Shown here: piece after piece, positions 18,268 through 25,174 of the stretch
Layout of the letters: each line of letters opens with the position of its first letter
How positions within the stretch are numbered: the first letter of the stretch is position 1
Assembly: GCA_008080745.1 (NCBI GenBank)
Contig: SHMX01000001.1
Location: 570,001-602,000 of the forward strand
DNA: 32,000 nt
Direction: 5' to 3'
DNA from: Candidatus Thorarchaeota archaeon
Lineage (GTDB): Archaea > Asgardarchaeota > Thorarchaeia > Thorarchaeales > Thorarchaeaceae
Made by a program: the position numbers and the translations under genes
Notes under the pieces: generated by a model
The model's input: the letters and a program-made list of their open reading frames with translations, nothing else
What the model was told of the DNA's origin: nothing
Databases searched by the model: none

Positions 18268-18675
18268 ATGAATAAATCGGAGAGAAAGTGTAATTCGTGT
18301 GGTGCTCCAATACCAACAGGTGTGAGAGTGTGCCCACAGTGTGGAAGATTATCTGTGGAAAAGTCAGCAAGATTAGGCGCTGAACCACAAACACAGAGAC
18401 CTGAAGAAACTAGTCTGTCAGAATCATCAGACCCTCCCGTAGATCCAAAACCTACTGAGAAGCCACCATCAGGAGATGACAGGACAGATAGCTATTATTC
18501 CATAGCACCAAGAATACTTCCAAAATGCCCAAAATGTGAAAAGAGCTACGAGCCTCCAAAGTGTGAGAATTGTGGATATGTCAAGGAGGAAAGCTCAAAG
18601 AAATGTGGTTGCGGTCCCTGTGTGATACTTCTAGTGGCGTTATCTTGGATATCGACCGCAGTCTGGTTTCTTTAG
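18268..18675 (+). CDS. Double zinc-ribbon protein with Pro-rich linker and C-terminal membrane anchor
   Basis: CNSC..CPQC; CPKC..CENC; then KKCGCGPC followed by a hydrophobic tail. Confidence 0.8.
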   Translation: MNKSERKCNSCGAPIPTGVRVCPQCGRLSVEKSARLGAEPQTQRPEETSLSESSDPPVDPKPTEKPPSGDDRTDSYYSIAPRILPKCPKCEKSYEPPKCENCGYVKEESSKKCGCGPCVILLVALSWISTAVWFL

Positions 18676-18748
18676 TATTCATTGAAGAAATATGCAGGCA
18701 GTTGCAAAATGATTATCAGAGTAGAGAAAGGGCATTATTTGAAAAACC

Positions 18749-19399
18749 ATGTACGAAGCAGAGAGAGATGTTTTATTCCGAACCTGTAGAGAGATGGAAA
18801 ATGCAGGTCTAGTGTTAGGTTCTGCTGGAAACGGGAGTTACAGAGTAAGAGATCACGTTGTGCTAACACCCAGTTCCGTTAGATATGACGAGATGGGTCC
18901 TGCAGATATGCTGGTTATGGACTTGGAAGGCAATATCGTGGAGAGTACTCGTAAACCAAGTATTGAAACAGCTATGCATCTTGAAATCTATCGACATAGA
19001 GAAGATGTTCAAGCTATTGTTCATACTCACAGCCTCTATGCTTCAGCTATGTCATTGTTGAACATGTCCCTACCGCCTATTCTTGATGAGATGGTTCATG
19101 TATTTGGTGGAGAAGTCAGATTATCACCATATGCAATGGCTGGAACTGAAGATCTTGCAGAAAACGTAGTAAAAAATTTAGAAAACAGGAATGCCCTACT
19201 CCTTGCGAATCATGGTGCTATCTGTTGTGGGGATAGTCTAAGAGATGCTTTTCAAGCTGCGATGCTCCTTGAGCGATGCTGCAAGATTTATGTTACAGCT
19301 TTACAAGTGGGAAAACCAATCTCTCAACTTCCTAAGAAAGCCGTTGAGGCACAGAAACAAGCGTGGCTCAAGAAACAAAGAACTAAAGAAGTTCCTTGA
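18749..19399 (+). CDS. Class II aldolase/adducin family (L-fuculose-1-phosphate aldolase-like)
   Basis: GSAGNGSYR, LTPSS, KPSIETAMH, AIVHTHS, LLANHGAI. Confidence 0.93.
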   Translation: MYEAERDVLFRTCREMENAGLVLGSAGNGSYRVRDHVVLTPSSVRYDEMGPADMLVMDLEGNIVESTRKPSIETAMHLEIYRHREDVQAIVHTHSLYASAMSLLNMSLPPILDEMVHVFGGEVRLSPYAMAGTEDLAENVVKNLENRNALLLANHGAICCGDSLRDAFQAAMLLERCCKIYVTALQVGKPISQLPKKAVEAQKQAWLKKQRTKEVP

Positions 19400-20108
19400 T
19401 TTCAATCAGCTCTTTGATGACAATCACATCGTCTAGTTCTTGCTCATATGGACCAAGTAAGATTGACTTCATCCCAGCCCGTTTAGCCGCTTCTGCATCT
19501 TTAGTAATCGAATTTCCAATGAATACACATCGGCCTGGATTGACACCAAGGTTATGGCTTGCCATTATTAGCATGTAAGGCGAAGGTTTCGAATAGCCAC
19601 GTACCAATGTCCATTGAATATCATCAAAGAATTTGAGTAGACCATGTTCCTCAAGTTGTTTATGAGGGGGTCTGTCCCAATTAGATGCAATTCCCAAGAG
19701 ATAGCCCTTCTCTTTTAGGTATGATAAGATTTCTTTCGCCCCGGGCAATGGAGCATGACCCGTAGATTCCAATAGATCAACCCATAGGGATTGATATTGA
19801 GCAGCAAGATCGTCAATATTTTCAGTAACTCCAAGCTCTTTTAGAAGAGTTCTATCAACCAAGTGCCACTCATCACTAGTAATCAGATGATCGTATCCAA
19901 CTCGTGAATCAAAATGATGTATGCCAACCACATGTTCAGCGATGCTAATTGCGGAAGATAGTTGTTCAGACGTCACTTCAAAATCGTCACCAAGAATCTG
20001 TTTTAAAAATTTGAAGTGATATTCTTCAATCGAAAGTGGAAATCTGAGTAGAGTATCGCCTATGTCAAATATGACAGCATCTATGCTTTCCAATTTATTT
20101 TCTGACAT
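19383..20108 (-). CDS. HAD-superfamily hydrolase
   Basis: Motif I FDIGDTL, II GIASNW, III KPSP, IV FIGNSITKDAEAAKRAGM. Confidence 0.9.
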   Translation of the reverse strand: MSENKLESIDAVIFDIGDTLLRFPLSIEEYHFKFLKQILGDDFEVTSEQLSSAISIAEHVVGIHHFDSRVGYDHLITSDEWHLVDRTLLKELGVTENIDDLAAQYQSLWVDLLESTGHAPLPGAKEILSYLKEKGYLLGIASNWDRPPHKQLEEHGLLKFFDDIQWTLVRGYSKPSPYMLIMASHNLGVNPGRCVFIGNSITKDAEAAKRAGMKSILLGPYEQELDDVIVIKELIEIKELL

Positions 20109-20190
20109 AATTATTCAGCTGGTTTGATTATTTTAATCGTTTTCCAGAAAGTATTTTGCATATATAGAAGATTGGAGTATTTGTGATCAA

Positions 20191-20502
20191 ATGACCAAAG
20201 AAAAGTCACGAAAAATCATTGCAGAACTAGTAATAGCTCCTTTTGGAGTTGGTACAAGTCTTAGCAAGTATGTAAAAGAATCTGTAAAGGTTATCGATTC
20301 ATTTCCAAGAATCCGTGTGCAACATACACCAATGAGTTCAATAATCGAGGCAGACTCAGTAGATGATATTCTTCAAGTCACCAAAGAAGCACATGAGAAA
20401 ATGTTTGAGGCTGGGGCTGAGAGAGTATCTACGTTACTTAGAATTGACGACCGTCGAGATAAGAAGAGAAGCATGGAGGATAAAGTAAAGGCAATTCAGT
20501 AA
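20191..20502 (+). CDS. MTH1187/UPF0045 thiamine-binding protein
   Basis: AELVIAPFGVGTSLSKYV, TPMSSIIE, GAERVSTLLRIDDRRDKKRSMEDKV. Confidence 0.92.
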   Translation: MTKEKSRKIIAELVIAPFGVGTSLSKYVKESVKVIDSFPRIRVQHTPMSSIIEADSVDDILQVTKEAHEKMFEAGAERVSTLLRIDDRRDKKRSMEDKVKAIQ

Positions 20503-20515
20503 GGGCTTCGCAATA

Positions 20516-20938
20516 TTATTGATTGTCAACAATCTCAAATCGGACATCCATATTCTCAATCTTCCACCATATCTCCCGGATGAACTGAACATAACCCCGA
20601 GCAACCTTGTCACGTTTGAATTTATCATCACTCACACAGTCATATTCTCGAGTCAGACATTTCACACACCATTTACAATCGGATTTCACTACTACCGATC
20701 CTGAAAAATCTGATGACTTCACAAACATGACCGCTTGAAGAATTGCATTAAGCTTCATCTGTCTGGTAGTGGTTCCAGATGCTTCTCCACAATCCGAGTG
20801 ATTAAATGATATTGACCGATTTGGAGAAATATATTCTAGTTCATAAGACCATTTTCCAAGTCCTTTGAAACATGAGCCGTGAGTAGTAATGGTAAATGAC
20901 ATTTTCTTAGAATGAGGCAACAATCTGTAAATTTTCAC
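20516..20938 (-). CDS. RNase HI-fold protein, probably catalytically inactive
   Basis: TTHGSC..GLGKW aligns to YTDGAC..GPGGW, TTRQMKLNAI to TNNRMELTA, and VKSDC to I.TDS. GTG start overlaps the flavin reductase stop (GTGA). Confidence 0.7.
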   Translation of the reverse strand: MKIYRLLPHSKKMSFTITTHGSCFKGLGKWSYELEYISPNRSISFNHSDCGEASGTTTRQMKLNAILQAVMFVKSSDFSGSVVVKSDCKWCVKCLTREYDCVSDDKFKRDKVARGYVQFIREIWWKIENMDVRFEIVDNQ

Positions 20939-21498
20939 TCTTTCATTTCATTACCGATATTCCAAGCCTCACCAAGTTCATTTCCAACAGTCCAATACCG
21001 ATTGTCTGGCATTGTCAAGGTGAAAGGTTTTAGTTTTTTAATATCCGGGGTATCATCAGTAAGAATCGATTCATCTGCATACGCATTGATAATTTCGCCA
21101 ACAAACAATGTATTTGTTGGAAACTCTACCTTTTGGTATAATTTGCATTCCATAGTCATCTTGCACTGTTTAATCATAGGAGCGGATTTCAAAGCACCAT
21201 AGAATATATCGAATAGGTCCGATTTGTCAACATTTTTTCCCTTAACTATGCCACAGTAATCAGTTACTTTCACCATAGTTACGTCAGGAATATTTACACT
21301 GAAAACTTCGGTATCCATTATTGCTTCAGCTGTAGTATGGCGAGTGTTAATGCCTGCACCTAATAATGGCGGATTGAAATTAACACGATTTATCCATCCG
21401 ACGGGCATAAAGTTTGGTCTATCCTGGTAATGAGTACCGACCAAAACCATTGGCATGGGATAAACAAATGCGTTGGCATCTATCTTCTTTTTATCCAT
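20935..21498 (-). CDS. Flavin reductase-like FMN-binding protein
   Basis: YPMPMVLVGT, NFMPVGW, FSVNIP, TDYCGIVKG..DKS, APMIKQC..MECK, LFVGEI, LGEAWNIG. Confidence 0.93.
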   Translation of the reverse strand: MDKKKIDANAFVYPMPMVLVGTHYQDRPNFMPVGWINRVNFNPPLLGAGINTRHTTAEAIMDTEVFSVNIPDVTMVKVTDYCGIVKGKNVDKSDLFDIFYGALKSAPMIKQCKMTMECKLYQKVEFPTNTLFVGEIINAYADESILTDDTPDIKKLKPFTLTMPDNRYWTVGNELGEAWNIGNEMKE

Positions 21499-21562
21499 TA
21501 GAAAACTCTCCTATTTATCTGCCAACTAGCGAAGTTCCTAATGAAATAGTTGGTTTTCTGAC

Positions 21563-21586
21563 TTTTTTCTCATCGTAGAGAAAAAA
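21563..21586. other. AT-rich inverted repeat upstream of the flavin reductase
   Basis: TTTTTTCTC-atcgta-GAGAAAAAA (9-bp arms). Confidence 0.3.
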
Positions 21587-22020
21587 AGCTCATGATTACT
21601 TTGTTGCAAACCTTGTACACAAAAGTTCCAATTCATGCATTGATTGAATTTGATGGCTTGAAGCGAATGCCACGGAGAACCATTGCATACCTATAGACTT
21701 TATACGCCTCATAATTCCAGTCGTCTGTACATAGTAGTTACATCATGAACCCATTCAATTATTTGAATAGAAGATAATGGATACCAATTATTATTCATAC
21801 TAAGAGGATATCGGGATATACATCACTTCATTCTAATTTGATGATTCACAACCAGCATTGACATAACCGAAATGACTTGTCAAGTAAATAGTGACCCCAT
21901 CAAGAGAAATCCAACTATCAATAGAAATATTCCTGAAACAACTCCTGTATTTCTCTTATATTGGAAAATAGAAAAGGATACCAAAAAACTCAGTCAGTGA
22001 GAGCTTTTCATCATCATCAA

Positions 22021-22233
22021 TTAATCATCAATCATGTCAATGCTATCATTCTCGTCTTCGAAAGCACCATAGTCTGTGTAGAGAGAGGGGAGAGATTCTA
22101 GAAACGTGGGATTTTGCTCATGAGGGGGGGTAGGTCTTGGAGCAATAGCCACAAGAGCCACGGCAAGCAGCATGATCATGAACATAGCTAGAAAGAGTGT
22201 AAAGATTATAGAGAGGTTCAAGTCTACTGCCAT
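22021..22233 (-). CDS. Small single-pass membrane protein with acidic tail
   Basis: 70 aa; long hydrophobic N-terminal helix, PRPTPP, then D/E-rich end. Confidence 0.55.
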   Translation of the reverse strand: MAVDLNLSIIFTLFLAMFMIMLLAVALVAIAPRPTPPHEQNPTFLESLPSLYTDYGAFEDENDSIDMIDD

Positions 22234-22330
22234 ATATGTCTATACTCATGAGAAGGGATAAATGTTTTTATCAATATTTGACACATTCTTATGTCTCCTC
22301 AATCTCATGCAGAAAATACGGACAGTCATC

Positions 22331-22470
22331 TTGGCCAGGGGGCACGGGAGCCATCCGCACGTGGCCACGCATGAGCAGATGTGTATAGTGTCTGTCGTTA
22401 ATTCTTCCTCCACAGGGTGAGGCCCGCAGGAGCCCGAGCGAGGACCTGTACCCATGCTTTGGTGGGACAT
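22331..22470. ncRNA. Candidate structured non-coding RNA or element of unknown family
   Basis: 85/140 bases are G+C (61%) in an AT-rich intergenic region; several hairpins (GGCCA/TGGCC, CAGATGT/GTGTCTG, ACAGG/CCTGT, CCCA/TGGG). Confidence 0.4.
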
Positions 22471-22732
22471 ATCGCTTTTCTCATCGTTGTGCTCGATTTT
22501 CCATAGAGTGTGGTTTGGCGAATTTCACTCTCAACCTCCCATGCTTTTGTGAGATCTTCTTCTAGAAAATGAGCAGCTGTTCCAAAGCACACTAATAGAT
22601 ACAGGAATGAAGAGTATTCTAGCAGGGAAATGATTATGGAAACAAAATACCTGCAATCACTGATAAAGTTGTTAATCTAGCTAGAAACCCAACGAGCGGT
22701 TTGAAAATTTTCATCTCTCGTCGGGCAGTCAT
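22398..22732 (-). pseudogene. Possible frameshifted small membrane-protein gene with an HxxEE motif
   Basis: MTARREMKIFKPLVGFLARLTTLSVIAGILFP* (22732-22634), then in another frame IIISLLEYSSFLYLLVCFGTAAHFLEEDLTKAWEVESE...; its 3' end runs into the GC-rich element. Confidence 0.3.
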
Positions 22733-22923
22733 TTTTTTATAGTCATATAATTCTATCGAAGAACAATAATATTTTCTCCCATGAATTGCTTTTTTTCCTT
22801 TCAATTGTTGAAGACCTTTGGGACTCCAGAGGTTCGATTTCTTGCTATTTACGAATCAATATAACTGTACAAAAGAACAGATTGACAAAACCCGTAGAGA
22901 TGTTGGTAATTTTGGGAATAATT

Positions 22924-23733
22924 TTGAATCCGAATAAAATCAAAGAGTTTCAAAATCACGTGATGGACTGGTGGTGTAGTAATGCACGAGACCTTCCTTG
23001 GAGAAATAATCCTACACCATATCAAGTATTAGTTTCTGAGATAATGCTCCAGCAAACACAAGTTACCAGAGTTGTTCCAAAATATCACGAATTTTTAGAA
23101 ACCTTCCCGACTATTGAAGATCTTTCTAATGCCGATACAAAAAAACTGCTACAAGTATGGAGTGGGCTTGGATACAACCGTCGAGCACTCTGGCTTAAAG
23201 AAGCAGCCAGTCAGATATCGGAGATGGATGAATTTCCATCTGAAGCTAAAGACCTCAGAAAATTGAAAGGTATCGGCCCCTATACTTCTCGTTCTATTCT
23301 CATTTTTGCATTCAACAGAGATTTAGCCGCGGTGGATACAAACATTCGTCGAGTATTCATTGCTGCTGGGTTTGCAACTGAGAAAATGTCCAAGAAAGAG
23401 ATTCAAGAGATTGCTGACCAATTGCTACTTAATGGAAGGGCAAGTGATTGGCATAATGCACTCATGGACTATGGTTCCAAAGTCTTGACCGCCGCATCAA
23501 CGGGAATCACCCCAAGAACAACTCAATCTAAATTTGCAGGTTCGACCCGTCAACTGCGAGGAAAGATAGTTCGCTTGTTAACTCAGTCGCAAACAATATC
23601 GGAGAAAGATTTGTTGAGCAGGCTTGAACTTGATGATTCTCAGCAAAATCAACTAAGATGCATACTTGATCAGCTTATCAAAGAAGAGATGGTAGAGAGA
23701 ATAAACGAAGACTCGGTTAGAATTCCTTCATGA
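22924..23733 (+). CDS. mutY: A/G-specific adenine glycosylase (MutY-like HhH-GPD), short form without the Fe-S motif
   Basis: ARDLPWR..PTPYQVLVSEIMLQQTQVTRV, WSGLGYNRRA, HhH LKGIGPYT, AVDTNIRRV; no C-x6-C-x2-C-x5-C. TTG 22924 is preferred over the track start at 22786. Confidence 0.88.
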   Translation: MNPNKIKEFQNHVMDWWCSNARDLPWRNNPTPYQVLVSEIMLQQTQVTRVVPKYHEFLETFPTIEDLSNADTKKLLQVWSGLGYNRRALWLKEAASQISEMDEFPSEAKDLRKLKGIGPYTSRSILIFAFNRDLAAVDTNIRRVFIAAGFATEKMSKKEIQEIADQLLLNGRASDWHNALMDYGSKVLTAASTGITPRTTQSKFAGSTRQLRGKIVRLLTQSQTISEKDLLSRLELDDSQQNQLRCILDQLIKEEMVERINEDSVRIPS

Positions 23734-23817
23734 AATTTGTTACCATCCAGCATCTAATAGTTTATACTCGTTTTTTTGTTAGCAAATCACATCAGAAGAA
23801 ACGGAATACTGATCATA

Positions 23818-24324
23818 ATGAAATGTCTGATTGCTTATTGTACGCGATATGGAGTTACAAGGGAAACCTCCAATGTGATAGCTGAAACTCTGAAAAGTAA
23901 CTTTGATGCTGAAGTTGATATCATCGATTTGAAAGAAGAAAAGAAACGAGCTAAATCGGTTAATCCAAACGATTACGATATAGTAATAGTTGGTTCTAGT
24001 ATCAGAATTGGGCGGTGGACAAAAGAAGCAAAGAACTTCCTGAAGTCAGATTTCAAAAACACACATGTTGCTATATTTGTTTCATCTGGCAGATGCGGAC
24101 AAGCAATTGAGGATGACGATATGGAAGAGTATGATAAATACGAGCAAAAGTATATAGATAGAATAGCTGAGAAACAAGGACTCAAGCTTTTTGCAAAACG
24201 AGGTTTTGGTGGAAGAATGGAGAGGGGTGGTGAAGTTCAATCTGATACCTGGAATCGAGACCACATAGTAGAATGGACTGTAGAAGTTGGAAAGAAGATA
24301 GAAGAAGAGATGCCAAGCGCGTAA
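23818..24324 (+). CDS. Flavodoxin-domain protein (HemG-like)
   Basis: MKCLIAYCTRYGVTRE, YDIVIVGSSIRIGRW, VAIFVSS, FGGR, DTWNRDHIVEW. ATG at 23818. Confidence 0.85.
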   Translation: MKCLIAYCTRYGVTRETSNVIAETLKSNFDAEVDIIDLKEEKKRAKSVNPNDYDIVIVGSSIRIGRWTKEAKNFLKSDFKNTHVAIFVSSGRCGQAIEDDDMEEYDKYEQKYIDRIAEKQGLKLFAKRGFGGRMERGGEVQSDTWNRDHIVEWTVEVGKKIEEEMPSA

Positions 24325-24334
24325 GTGGTACTCA

Positions 24335-25081
24335 CTATTTAAGATCGACTATGAGAATACTCTCCTGTCTTATTGGAGAAGACTTTCTCAAATTACCATA
24401 TTTATCCATATACCAAGCACCACCAATTGCAGGCTTTCTCTCATCAGGTTCATAGATATTGGATGCTAATACAGGTAATCGGGTCGACCTCCATCGTTCC
24501 AAGTATTTTGGAAATTCTTTCACCCACGCAGACACAATGTCTGTAGATGAACTGATGCTTTTTGTGAATGGATAAATCAAAACATCTACATCTCTTTCTT
24601 TGAATTGGTTATATATCTCAGGTTGCCATAACTCACCGCAAATCAGCATTGCGACTTTTCCAAAGCTCGTATCAGCAACTGGAATTTCAGAGCCAATCTG
24701 ATAAATTGATGGATTGAAGTCATCTCCAAACCAACCTCGATCATTACTGCGGTGATGTAGAATCAGCTCGCCAGAGGGGTTAAACAAAACAGCTGAATCA
24801 TAGATGACTTGTTCATCTAATTCAAGTAGCCCCGCTTCAAAATAGACTCCAAACTCCTCTGCGAAAATAGCCCATTCCTTGTTACGTGGACCCGGAATCG
24901 ACTCAGTAAGTGGATAGTCATGTCCAGCTTTACCATTGATGACCAGTCCTGTTGCGGCAGCCTCTGGAAAAATCACCATCTCAGCATCCATGTTGACTGC
25001 GTCCTGAGCTAGTCTCAGCATGCGTTCTTGGTTCTTTGTTATATCTGAGGTGACCAGGTTAGAGATTACAGCGACTTTCAC
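24335..25081 (-). CDS. Carbon-nitrogen hydrolase (nitrilase superfamily)
   Basis: IFPEAAATG (catalytic Glu), YDSAVLFNPSG, TSFGKVAMLICGE (catalytic Cys). The Lys position reads HRS. Confidence 0.88.
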   Translation of the reverse strand: MKVAVISNLVTSDITKNQERMLRLAQDAVNMDAEMVIFPEAAATGLVINGKAGHDYPLTESIPGPRNKEWAIFAEEFGVYFEAGLLELDEQVIYDSAVLFNPSGELILHHRSNDRGWFGDDFNPSIYQIGSEIPVADTSFGKVAMLICGELWQPEIYNQFKERDVDVLIYPFTKSISSSTDIVSAWVKEFPKYLERWRSTRLPVLASNIYEPDERKPAIGGAWYMDKYGNLRKSSPIRQESILIVDLK

Positions 25082-25174
25082 GGCATATTCCAGCTTCTGT
25101 ATTTAGGGGGATATCACTATGACATGGTATTGCACACTGCAACTTTAAAGTTACCAATGATTGATATAATGACT

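Noticed and set aside
18749-20108. Aldolase + HAD as a sugar-phosphate or methionine-salvage operon
   Set aside because: The genes are convergent (17-nt 3' overlap), and no kinase or isomerase partner is present in the window.
21830-21995. Hydrophobic - strand fragment (..KRNTGVVSGIFLLIVGFLLMGSLFT*)
   Set aside because: There is an in-frame stop upstream and no start codon; too short to call a pseudogene.
22369-22400. Eukaryote-like SECIS (AUGA + GCAGAUGU/GUGUCUGU stem), as known from Lokiarchaeota
   Set aside because: The 3' side reads UCGU rather than the NGAN needed for the tandem G.A core, and there is no upstream + strand gene with an in-frame UGA.
22425-22460. HDV-like ribozyme (- strand UCCUCGC loop; also GGC-UCCCGU-GCC near 22340-22352)
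   Set aside because: P3 does not close (AGG/UCG), P2 is not adjacent to P3, and P1.1 and the J4/2 CNRA motif could not be placed consistently.
22419-22465. SRP RNA helix 8 (AGGCCCG..GGAGC) or 5S rRNA (ACCUGUACCCAUG) resemblance
   Set aside because: The GGAA tetraloop/AGCAG of SRP and the CCGAAC of 5S are absent, and the GC-rich stretch is too short for archaeal SRP RNA.
22246-22470. 74-aa Cys-rich ORF on -
   Set aside because: Atypical composition; probably a by-product of the GC-rich element, with no RBS or recognisable motif.
22786-22923. N-terminal extension of MutY in the ORF track
   Set aside because: AT-rich non-homologous sequence; the family-like sequence begins at about NKIKEFQNHVMDWW.
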